From assembly GCA_963769025.1 (NCBI GenBank), contig CAVYKI010000009.1, forward strand, positions 1,248,001 to 1,312,000: DNA of 64,000 nucleotides. Reading direction: 5' to 3'. The notes beneath the pieces were generated by a model. It worked only from the letters and a program-made list of their open reading frames with translations, had not been told where the DNA came from and did no database searches. Shown here in pieces: positions 45,027-54,119 of this stretch (its first letter is position 1; each line of letters begins with the position of its first letter). The stretch is from an uncultured Verrucomicrobiae bacterium (lineage in GTDB: Bacteria > Verrucomicrobiota > Verrucomicrobiia > Chthoniobacterales > Chthoniobacteraceae). The position numbers and the translations under genes were made by a program.

Positions 45027-45560
45027 CTAGGCCGCAGGCGCGCCCTTGCTCACCACCACCATCGCGGCCCGCAGGAGCCGATCACGCAGACGGAATCCAC
45101 GGCGCAGTTGCCGGATCACATGCCCCTCCGGCGTCGAGGCGTCCTCCTCCTGGCTGACGGCCTCATGCAGGTTCGGGTCGAATTTCGCGCCCACCGCGTC
45201 GATGACCTCCACTCCGCTCCCGGTCATGAATTCGTTCAACTGCCGCTGGATCATCTCCATGCCCACGGCGATGGGCGACTTCGGATCGCCTTTGCGCACC
45301 TCCATCATGCCGAATTCAAAATTATCCAGCACCGGCAGCAGCCGCTCCAGCACCACGGCCTGCGCGCGCTTGTAATCCTCGTCCCTCTCGCGGGCCACGC
45401 GCTTGCGGTAGTTGTCGAGTTCCGCCTGCGCACGCAGCGCGGCGTCCTTCCATTTTGCAATCTCGGCAGCCTGCGTGTTTTCAGCGCCATCCTCCGCGGC
45501 CTGCACTTCGGCTTCGATGGGTTCCGGTTTCTCTTCTGGCTCGGCCTTTGGTTTGCTCAT
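45027..45560 (-). CDS. grpE: Nucleotide exchange factor GrpE
   Basis: [37 protein letters not shown]. Confidence 0.95.
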   Translation of the reverse strand: MSKPKAEPEEKPEPIEAEVQAAEDGAENTQAAEIAKWKDAALRAQAELDNYRKRVARERDEDYKRAQAVVLERLLPVLDNFEFGMMEVRKGDPKSPIAVGMEMIQRQLNEFMTGSGVEVIDAVGAKFDPNLHEAVSQEEDASTPEGHVIRQLRRGFRLRDRLLRAAMVVVSKGAPAA

Positions 45561-46972
45561 TTTTTCAAGATGGTAATCAGGGTGATGTCGTCGTGTGGCG
45601 GATGGTCGCCGATGAACGTCTTCACGTCACTGGTGACGCGCTGCACAATGTCGGACGCGCCTTCGGATGCGCTCGCCTGGACAGAGCGAATCATCGCTTC
45701 CAACCCGAATTCGTCCCCGTTCCGGTCTTGCGCCTCGGTGACGCCGTCCGTGTAGAGGATCAGGCAGTCTCCAGGTTCGAGGACCAGGGAAAATTCGTTC
45801 GTCACCCTATTGAATGCGCCCCCGCTGTCAATTCCCACCGCCATGCCGGGCGGGTTCACGCGCGTCACGCTCCTGTCCGCAACCCGGTACACCAGCGGAG
45901 CATCATGTCCGGCGCGCACGAGTTTTACCTCTTTGGTCCGCCGGTCGAGCACCACGTATGCCAAGGAGATGAACATGTCCTCCCGGATATCCGGGTAGAG
46001 TTGCGCGTTCAGCCGGTGGACGACCTCCGTCGGCGACGCCCCCTCTGTCGCGAGCAGCCTGAGGGCCGTCCGCGTCATCGCCATCATCAGAGCCGCGGGG
46101 ATTCCTTTGCCCGACACATCCGCGATCACCACGCCGCAGCGGTCCTCATCGAGCGAAATGTAGTCAAAGTAATCCCCGCTCACCCAGCGTGCCGGCAGGT
46201 TCGTTCCCGCGACATCGAATCCCTCCACCACCGGCGGCTCACTCGGCAGGAGGATGCGCTGCACTTCCGTGGCGATGTTCAGATCCTTTTCGATCTGCCG
46301 CTTTTCCGCCGCCTCGTTGTGCAGGAATGCATCGAACAGCGAGAACGCGGACTGCTCCGCGAGCGCCTTGAACGTAGCGAAATTCTCCGGCCCGAACGGC
46401 TCGCTTTTCCCCATCCGCGCCAGCGCGAGCACCCCGAGATTCTGCCCCGCATACACCAGCGGCGCGATGAATGCCGAGTTCACCCCGAATGTCCGCAGCC
46501 GCTCCAGCCGCGGGTCGGATGCCGGCAAAGACAGCACGATATTTTCCGCGAGCACCCGCCCGATCAGCCCCTCGCCGGCCTTCTCCGCCTGCAGCCGCAT
46601 CTGCGCATGCAACGAAGTCGTCGCCGGCCCGTTCTGCTTCGGGAGTTCCACAAATGGCGGCGATCCCTTCGACACGTAGCTCGGCTGCAGGGCCGTGCCC
46701 TTCTTGTTCGTCAGGTAAAGTGCGCCGCCTTCCGCCTCCAGGATCCGCAATGCCCCCTCCACGATCAGCCCGTCCAGTTCCCCGAGATGCGAATCGTCCT
46801 TCAGCGCCTCACCGATGCCGTGCAGGAAATCAAAAACACGCCGCTCCTCCGTCTGCACCTTCACCTTCTCCCGCACCAGCCCCTCCACCTGCCGCCGGTG
46901 CATGCGCGCCGCCAGCAGCGCCCATGTGGCGGTCGCGCCCAGCGCGGTCGAGAGAATGATTTCAGCCAGCAT
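45557..46972 (-). CDS. GAF plus SpoIIE/PP2C (RsbU-like) serine phosphatase
   Basis: N-terminal TM, GAF; VSGDYFD, IADVSGKG, LYTDGVTEA, DDIT. Confidence 0.9.
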   Translation of the reverse strand: MLAEIILSTALGATATWALLAARMHRRQVEGLVREKVKVQTEERRVFDFLHGIGEALKDDSHLGELDGLIVEGALRILEAEGGALYLTNKKGTALQPSYVSKGSPPFVELPKQNGPATTSLHAQMRLQAEKAGEGLIGRVLAENIVLSLPASDPRLERLRTFGVNSAFIAPLVYAGQNLGVLALARMGKSEPFGPENFATFKALAEQSAFSLFDAFLHNEAAEKRQIEKDLNIATEVQRILLPSEPPVVEGFDVAGTNLPARWVSGDYFDYISLDEDRCGVVIADVSGKGIPAALMMAMTRTALRLLATEGASPTEVVHRLNAQLYPDIREDMFISLAYVVLDRRTKEVKLVRAGHDAPLVYRVADRSVTRVNPPGMAVGIDSGGAFNRVTNEFSLVLEPGDCLILYTDGVTEAQDRNGDEFGLEAMIRSVQASASEGASDIVQRVTSDVKTFIGDHPPHDDITLITILKK

Positions 46973-47200
46973 ATTTCGCGGGCGGGAAAGAGAGTCCCCA
47001 AGCGCCCCGCCTGCAAGCATTCGATTTTCCCGACGCGTGAGGCACGCGAACATTTCACCCACCTCGCGCCGGAGTGCGGCGTGGGATTTCCCGCAGCTCC
47101 CGAGGGAACGAGGCGGGCGTTCCTCCGGCCTCACTACACGGATCGGCGCGCGCCTCCCGCCGTCGGCGGCCAAAGGCGGGATTTTCGCTTCCGCGTTCCC

Positions 47201-48558
47201 CTACAGCCCCGCGACCTCGCGCCCCTTCCGGTAGGCGCGTTTTACAAATGCGTTCGCCGCGTCCGTGTTCGTGAATTTCAGCGCGGCGGCGTCCCACGCG
47301 AGGGTCTGCTTCGGGTAACGCGTCGCGACGCTGCCGAGCAGGACGGCTTCCGTGAGCGGGCCGGAGTAGTCCCAGTTCGCGTCGGTCTTCTTGCGGTTGC
47401 CGATCACTGTCTCGAGAAACTGCATCCAGTGGTTCTCGCCTTCGACTTTCTCCACGTTGATTACCCCGGCTTTGTCATTGAATACGCGCGGTGCCTGGAC
47501 GTGCGGGAGGATCATCACGCCGCGCGTCCCGAGAAAGATGCTGCCCTGGTCCGGGAGCCCACGCTGCTTGTCGCCCTTGATGATATTCGCGGCCTCCTGC
47601 ACAGCCTGCGGCGGACGCTGGTCGCCATCGTACCACACGACGCGGACCGTCTTCTCCGCGGTGAACGGGGTGCCGGGAAAGGTGTAGTCGATGATGGCAT
47701 CCGTGGCCCACGAGTGATCGTTCGGCTGCGGGCCGTCGCTGCGGATGCTGAGCGGCGCGGTGAGCGCGAGCGCCTTGAAGACCGGATCGTAAATGTGGCA
47801 GCCCATGTCGCCGAAGGTGCCGGTGCCGAAGTCGAGCCGCTTGCGCCAGTTGCCGGGGTGATACCAGCCGCCGCCGATGAACGGCCGCTCCGCCGCGACG
47901 CCGAGCCAGAGGTCCCAGTCGAGCCCCGCAGGCACGGGGTCGGTCTTCGTCGGCATTGCGCCGTTGTCGCCCCACTTCTTGCTGCTCCACGTGTGGACTT
48001 CCTTCACCTTGCCGATGACACCATTCCTGATCGAGCCGGCACGCGGTGCGGTACTCGGAGCCGCTGTGAACCTGGATGCCCATCTGCGTGACGGAGCTTC
48101 TTCTCGCGCGCGATCTCGGTCATGCGGCGGACTTCGTAAATGTCATGCGCGAGCGGCTTCTGGCCATAGACGTGCAGCCCGCGGTTCAGCGCGCTGACCC
48201 CGATGGGCGCGTGCATGTGGTCCGGCGTGGAGACGTTCACGGTCTGGAGGTCCTTCTCCTTTTCGAGCAGCGTGCGGAAATCGGAGTAAATGCGCGCCTC
48301 GGGGAACCGCTTCCGGAATTCGACCGTCCGCTTTTCATCCACATCGCACCCGGCGACGATTTTCACCGCGGCGTGCTTCGAGATGGCGCCGACGTCGGAC
48401 ATGGCCATCCCTGCGCAGCCGAAGCTCGCGTGATGGATGACGGAATTCGGCGATTGAGCCATGAGTCCTCGCGTGACCCACGGGGCAATGGCGGCGCCAA
48501 GGGCGAGATCGCGGAGGAATGAACGGCGGGAACGGAGGAGGGAACGGTTGGGATTCAT
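47201..48558 (-). CDS. Gfo/Idh/MocA oxidoreductase with Tat-like signal (frameshifts near 48030 and 48095)
   Basis: SRRSFL, STPDHMHA, HVYGQKPL, MGIQ, WDLWLG, GDMGCH. Confidence 0.9.
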
Positions 48559-48675
48559 GATGGGGTTTGTCTGGGTGCTTCGGATTGAGCGCCAAGGCGC
48601 GGAGATATTGGAGAGATTCGCCGATGGATTGGGGAAACGTCGAGCCGGAGCGCGGAGGACCATCCTTGCGGGCAC

Positions 48676-50814
48676 TCACACCACCCACTCCGCCAGCGTG
48701 CTCTCGGCACTGGGGACGGCGAGTTCGATCGGCGAATTTTCCGGATAGCATTCGTGTTCGACGCCACCCACGAGGATCCTCACCTGAAACCGCACCTCGG
48801 CTCCGGCCGGCATGCCTATCTCCGAAAACGGCACGCTGAGCTCGACGATTTCCTCCACGGCAAACTCCCCGGCCGTCCGCGCCTTGCCGCCCGGCACCGA
48901 CACGGTGACTTTGCCGAGAGCCCCGCGCTTGGCGACCGGCGTCTGCACGACCACTCCGTCCGGCTGCGAAAATGCAATGACAAGCGTGAATTCGCCCGCG
49001 CGCCTCAGGTCGAGGCGCAGGTGCAGCCGCTCCGCATCGCAGCCAAAGCGCAGCGTCCGGACAAAACGATCATCGCGGAACATCGCGCCCTGCTCGCTCC
49101 CCGCCACGTAGCGCCCCGCCCCGACCCACTCATAGAACGGTTCGATCCGTCCGTTGATCAGCGGCGTGATCTGCCGTCGCGGACGCGTGTAAAGCGGCGG
49201 CGCCTCCGTGCTCAGGACCGTGCGGTCGAGTTCCGGCGGGAAATTTTCGCCGCAGATGGAATAGACGTTCTTCAGGTGCTGCCGGAACAGTTCGTCGAAC
49301 AGCACATCGCACTCCGTCGAGAAGTCCGGCCCGTACCACCAGAACCAGTCGCTGCCCTCGGCGGCGTACACTTCGCGGAGCGCTCCTTCGCGCTGCTCCG
49401 GCGTGAGCGATGGCAGCCTGCCCTCGAGAAAGCGCCGCGTGTCGCCGAGCAAATCCCACGCGCGGTTTTCCTCATCGTCGCCGATCCAGATGTCGAAGTT
49501 GCTGTAAATCCACGAGCCGCTGTGGAGCTTTTGCAGCGTCTTTTTCGGCGGGCAGCGCTGGAGGTAATTCTCGATCGTGCTGCTCCGGAGCTGCGTGCCG
49601 CCCTTTTCCAGGCCGCGATACACCTCGCGCAGGAAAGTCTCGCCACCGTCCTTGAACGTCTCCCACGCATTCTCGCCGTCGAGGATGATCGGGATCAGCC
49701 CGTTGTCGCGCGGGATGTGATCCGCGATGTGCCGCATGTGCGAAAGCAGATGCTCGGCGGAATCGGCCGGCTCGCCACGCGACGCCATGAAGCCGACGAA
49801 ATCGCTCAGCGGCTTTTCGCGGAACACCGCATTCACCGCCGCGCCCTCGTGCTCGACGCGCCAGCCCTGGAAAAGCTCGAGGTGATCGGCGTGAATGCCT
49901 TCACGCCGCAGCGAATTGAAAAGGTTCTCCTCGTCCGAGCAGAAATACTGGATGCCGGCCTTTTCCATCAGCGGCACGAGTTCCGGCGCGATGCTCCCCT
50001 CGCTCGGCCACAGCCCGCGGGGCGCGCGGCCAAACATCCGCGTGTGTTGCTCGACCGCGAGCCGCAGATGCGCCTCCGCGTCCTGCGGCCAGTGGAAACG
50101 CCTCGGCAGCGCCCGGCCCGGCATGGCCCGCTCCGCAAAATCGCTGTCGTACACGAGCGGCAGGATCGGGTGAAAAAACGGCGTGGTCGTCAGCTCCGCC
50201 TGCCCGCGCGCCTCGGCGTCCGCGTAGAGCTGCGGGATGCCCGCGAGGATCTCCATGTGGATGTCCAGCACGCGCAGCTTTTCCTCCTCGGAAAATCCGC
50301 GGTCCTTGCGTTTCAGCGCACCGAGTTCGGGATACAGCCGCGCCGCCGTGAAGCCGCACCACGCGAGATTGTACCACGTCTGCAAATCGCGGAAATCCTC
50401 CGTGCTCCAGTGCCGCAGTTCGGCGCGCAGCCGGTCGCGCTGAAAGTTTGCGCCGCGTTTCGCATGCAGCTCCGCATAGCGCGGGAAGGGCCGGAGCAGG
50501 TTGTCGTGCTGGATTTTGAAGAAGTGCTCGAGGATCGCGAGGCGCTCGTTTTCATCGAGGTCCGCCGCGGGCTTGCGCGACCAGTCCAGCCACAGGTCGC
50601 GGATGGTCCCCTGCACCAGTTCCTCGATCTGCAGCATGAGCACCGGCGTGAGGTTGAAGTTCACGCGCACGCCCGGGAAGTCCGCGAGCACGCTGACCAT
50701 GTCGAGGTAGCCCTTCACCGCGTGCAGCCGCACCCACGGCATCATCGCGACCCGCGACACCGGGTTCACGTAATACGGCTGATGCATGTGCCACAGAAAA
50801 ACGACGTTTGCCAT
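48676..50814 (-). CDS. Glycoside hydrolase family 57 (amylopullulanase-like)
   Basis: WHMHQPYY, HPILPL, GLWPSEG, ILDGENAWE, AEGSDWFWW. Confidence 0.93.
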   Translation of the reverse strand: MANVVFLWHMHQPYYVNPVSRVAMMPWVRLHAVKGYLDMVSVLADFPGVRVNFNLTPVLMLQIEELVQGTIRDLWLDWSRKPAADLDENERLAILEHFFKIQHDNLLRPFPRYAELHAKRGANFQRDRLRAELRHWSTEDFRDLQTWYNLAWCGFTAARLYPELGALKRKDRGFSEEEKLRVLDIHMEILAGIPQLYADAEARGQAELTTTPFFHPILPLVYDSDFAERAMPGRALPRRFHWPQDAEAHLRLAVEQHTRMFGRAPRGLWPSEGSIAPELVPLMEKAGIQYFCSDEENLFNSLRREGIHADHLELFQGWRVEHEGAAVNAVFREKPLSDFVGFMASRGEPADSAEHLLSHMRHIADHIPRDNGLIPIILDGENAWETFKDGGETFLREVYRGLEKGGTQLRSSTIENYLQRCPPKKTLQKLHSGSWIYSNFDIWIGDDEENRAWDLLGDTRRFLEGRLPSLTPEQREGALREVYAAEGSDWFWWYGPDFSTECDVLFDELFRQHLKNVYSICGENFPPELDRTVLSTEAPPLYTRPRRQITPLINGRIEPFYEWVGAGRYVAGSEQGAMFRDDRFVRTLRFGCDAERLHLRLDLRRAGEFTLVIAFSQPDGVVVQTPVAKRGALGKVTVSVPGGKARTAGEFAVEEIVELSVPFSEIGMPAGAEVRFQVRILVGGVEHECYPENSPIELAVPSAESTLAEWVV

Positions 50815-50859
50815 GGCGTGGAGCTAGCGCGGCGGCGGCGTGGCGCGCAACGAAAAGCG

Positions 50860-51492
50860 TCAGGGCCGCGGCGTGTCGTCCGGCGGCGGCCCGTCGAATT
50901 CCGGAAGCCCGAGCCGCCAGCGGATTCCTGCAAGCCGCAGGGCCAGCGTGACGAGCGTGCCCACGATGAGCGCCGCCGTGCCCCCCGGAATCCAATGCCG
51001 CAGCGCCACGAAAAACCCGGCGCCGATCGCAGAGGCGGTCGCGTAAAGGTGAATCTCCCGGCGGAATACGAGCGGGATTTCGCTCATGAGCACATCGCGG
51101 CACATGCCGCCCGCGACACCGGTGATCACGCCCATCGCCACCGCGATCTGGGGTGCCACGTTGAATGCCATCGCCTTTTCCGCGCCGAGCACGGTGAAGA
51201 ACGCCAGCGCGAGCGCGTCCGCAATCAACAGCACGGTGCGCGGCATCTCGCGGATTCGCGCGACGAAAAATGTGACGAGGCAGGCTGCGACCGCAGTGAT
51301 CACAAAGCTCCCGTCCCGCACCCAGAAAATCGGACGTTCGCCGAGCACGAGGTCGCGGATCGTCCCTCCGCCGAATGCCGTCACAAGCGCGAGGACGAGC
51401 ACCCCGAACAGATCCACGCGCTTGCCCCGCGCCGCGAGGGCGCCGGTGATCGCACCCACGGCGACCCCGAAATGTTCGAGCAGCGGTTGCAT
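50860..51492 (-). CDS. Trimeric intracellular cation channel (UPF0126/YadS) family protein
   Basis: TAFGGGTIRD and TGVAGGMCRD internal repeat. Confidence 0.9.
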   Translation of the reverse strand: MQPLLEHFGVAVGAITGALAARGKRVDLFGVLVLALVTAFGGGTIRDLVLGERPIFWVRDGSFVITAVAACLVTFFVARIREMPRTVLLIADALALAFFTVLGAEKAMAFNVAPQIAVAMGVITGVAGGMCRDVLMSEIPLVFRREIHLYATASAIGAGFFVALRHWIPGGTAALIVGTLVTLALRLAGIRWRLGLPEFDGPPPDDTPRP

Positions 51493-51512
51493 TTTCCGCG
51501 GCGCAGGCGCCG

Positions 51513-52013
51513 CTACGCGAGCTTCAGCCGCGCGTCCTCGCCGAGGAGTTCATCGAGCGCGGACCAGTCCGCGTCGCTCGTCGCGAGAAATGCGTGGAGG
51601 TAGACCGCGACGACCGCCGGGTCGTGCTTCTCCAGCAGCGTGTTCACGACTTCCGCGAGCTTCGCCTTTTCCGGCGCGGCCGGGAGATCCTCCACGGTGC
51701 CATGCTCGTCGTGCGCGATGCCGAGGCCGTCGAGGAAATCGCAGAGCAACTGCTTCTGCGTGCCGACCAGCCAGATCTGCAGCAGGTGCGCGGCGATGCC
51801 CTCGTTCTGCTTGCGCCCGCACGCGTCGCGCAGCCACGCGAAGCGCTCCGCCTTCGGCTTCCGCTCGACGAAGACCGGGCGCAGCTTGCGCTGCTTGCAG
51901 AGCGTGTCGATGGTCGCCTTCATCAGAGGCTTCTCGTTGTCGGTGATGTGGGAAAAGAGCTGCGCCGAGGCCGACGCCGGCATGTGTGCGAAAATTTCGT
52001 GAGTGGAATACAT
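51513..52013 (-). CDS. Conserved hypothetical protein
   Basis: Coherent ORF from MYSTHEIF (KLRPVFV, LCDFLD.LGI.HD..G.V); appears fused to the upstream gene only through a frameshift. Confidence 0.7.
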   Translation of the reverse strand: MYSTHEIFAHMPASASAQLFSHITDNEKPLMKATIDTLCKQRKLRPVFVERKPKAERFAWLRDACGRKQNEGIAAHLLQIWLVGTQKQLLCDFLDGLGIAHDEHGTVEDLPAAPEKAKLAEVVNTLLEKHDPAVVAVYLHAFLATSDADWSALDELLGEDARLKLA

Positions 52014-52063
52014 GAAGGTCGCGGAGCCTAGGGGGCGCGCGATGCGTGGCAAGCGCGCAGGAG

Positions 52064-52880
52064 CTACTTCGTCGGTGCGACCGGACGCCGCGTGAGCAGG
52101 TCGAGCACGTCGCCGGGATTCAGGAAAAAGTAGCGCCGTCCATCCGGCCCCGGACGTGAACTTGGAATCGTAGATCGCGACCTTGCTCGGCCCGACGACC
52201 CGCGCGCGGTCTCCCTGCACGATGATCGCCGTGCCTTCATCGATGCCGAAGCCGAGCAGCTCCGGATGCGCGGCGATGACCGGCAGCATGTCATCGAGCC
52301 TGCCTCGCGCGATCACGTGCTGATCGATCGCGCAATTCTTCACGAGCGAAAAGCCCTCCTCGTGGCCTTTCGCCATCATGATCGTGTTTCCCTCCGGCGC
52401 GCCGCGGACCATGTAGCTGCCCTGGATCGTTGCGCCCGCCGAACTGCCGCCGACGACACCGCCGCGCGCGAGCACGCCATGGATTTCCTTCAGCGTGCGC
52501 GTGCCGAGATACGAATCGGCGAGCCGCCACTGCCGGCCGCCATCAAGCCAGACCGCGTTCGCCTTCGTGAGCGGTTCGACGAAAGCGGCACTGTCCGCCA
52601 CCGCGCGGTCGCGCGTGTGGACGACCGTCACGTGCTTCGCCCCGGCGCGGGTGAGAAAGGAACGCGCGACATACTTCTCGCCCCAGTCCTCGCCGACGTT
52701 GGCGGTCGGGATGATGACGAAGTTCGCATCCACGCCGCCGGCGAGCCTGATGAATTCCGCCTGCGTCTCAGCGCCAAACTTCCCTCCCCCGTGGATGAGA
52801 AGCGAGCCGTTCGCAGGGCCGACCTTGGTCTCAGCCGTCACGGTGGCCGCTGCGAGCAGGAGGAGGATGAGGATGCGCAT
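52064..52880 (-). CDS. Secreted cyanophycinase-like peptidase, S51 family (frameshift near 52145)
   Basis: Signal peptide; IHGGG, IPTA, GGRQWRL, GGSSAGA, IDQH...RGR, GIDEGTA. Confidence 0.88.
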
Positions 52881-53027
52881 CGGCGCGAAGATTGGAGGGA
52901 ACATCACTTTTCAATAACCGCCCCAGCCGGAAAAGCAGAGCGCACAAATGGCGGCACACGGAACGCGAGCTGCCGCGCCTGCAATAGAGTCCTTGGCGAG
53001 TGCCCCATCCTGCGCCATTGGTCTCCC

Positions 53028-54110
53028 ATGTCGGTCACCACCGAAAAGCCAGCCATCCAGAGCCTCGATCCCGCAGAAATCGAGGCAGCCCTCGCCGTGC
53101 GCGGACAGCCGAAGTATCGCGCGACGCAGGTCCTCCGCTGGCTCTACGAAAAGCGCGTCACCGGCTTCGCCGGAATGAGCGACCTCCCCGCCGCACTGCG
53201 CGCGGATCTCGCCGAAGCCTTCACTTTTGTCCGCTTGGAAAATCTCCGCGTGCTCGGCAGCGAGGACACGACCCGGAAATACCTCTTCAAGCTCCCCGAC
53301 GGCGCGCTCATCGAGACCGTGCTCATCCCCGCGTCGCCCGCGCTCTACGGCGAGACGAGCGACCGCCGCACGCTCTGCGTGAGCACGCAGGTCGGCTGCG
53401 CGTACGGGTGCAAGTTCTGCGCGAGCGGGCTCGACGGATTTTCGCGCAATCTCTCGCCCGGCGAAATCGCCGGCCAGCTCATCGAGGCCGAGCGCCTCGC
53501 CGGCGAACGCGTGAGCAACCTCGTCTTCATGGGCATGGGCGAGCCGCTCGCGAATTTCGCCAACCTCATGCGCGCGATCGACATCATCAATTCCCCGTGG
53601 GGCCTCGGCCTCGGCGCGCGCCACATCACCGTCTCCACGAGCGGCCTCGCCCCGCAGATCCGGCAGCTCGCCGACCAGCCGCGCCAGATCCGCCTCGCCA
53701 TCTCGCTGCACGGCGCGACGGATGAAGTGCGCGGCCAGATCATGCCCGTGAACCGCAAATATCCGCTCGCCGAACTGCTCGACGCGTGCGCCTACCACGC
53801 GTCGAAAAAGAAGCAGCACATCACCTTCGAATACATCCTCATCGAGGGCATCAACGACGAACCCGCGCACGCCGCCGACCTCGCCCGCGTCGCGAAGCTC
53901 GTCCGCGCCAAGGTGAACTGCATCCCCTACAACGCCGTCGAAGGACTCCAGTGGAAACGCCCGAGCGAAGCGCGGCAGGATGCCTTCATGGAAGTCCTCG
54001 AACGCGCCCGCATCCCCGCCACGATCCGCCGCGAGAAGGGACACGACATCGCCGCAGCGTGTGGTCAGCTCCGCCGCCAGCAGGCCGCTCCGTCCGTTGC
54101 CAGCAATTGA
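53028..54110 (+). CDS. rlmN: 23S rRNA m2A2503 / tRNA methyltransferase, radical SAM
   Basis: CVSTQVGCAYGCKFCAS, MGMGEP, ISLH, DIAAACGQL. Confidence 0.95.
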   Translation: MSVTTEKPAIQSLDPAEIEAALAVRGQPKYRATQVLRWLYEKRVTGFAGMSDLPAALRADLAEAFTFVRLENLRVLGSEDTTRKYLFKLPDGALIETVLIPASPALYGETSDRRTLCVSTQVGCAYGCKFCASGLDGFSRNLSPGEIAGQLIEAERLAGERVSNLVFMGMGEPLANFANLMRAIDIINSPWGLGLGARHITVSTSGLAPQIRQLADQPRQIRLAISLHGATDEVRGQIMPVNRKYPLAELLDACAYHASKKKQHITFEYILIEGINDEPAHAADLARVAKLVRAKVNCIPYNAVEGLQWKRPSEARQDAFMEVLERARIPATIRREKGHDIAAACGQLRRQQAAPSVASN

Positions 54111-54119
54111 GTCGCGGCG

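Noticed and set aside
45455..51603. Very long plus-strand ORFs (878 aa and 949 aa)
   Set aside because: They are antisense shadows of well-supported minus-strand genes in high-GC DNA, Arg/Pro-rich and without motifs.
51513..52907. Cyanophycinase fused to a hypothetical domain (464-aa ORF)
   Set aside because: The natural cyanophycinase C-terminus (RYFFLNPGDVLDL) is in another frame ending at 52064, so the fusion comes from an indel near 52145.
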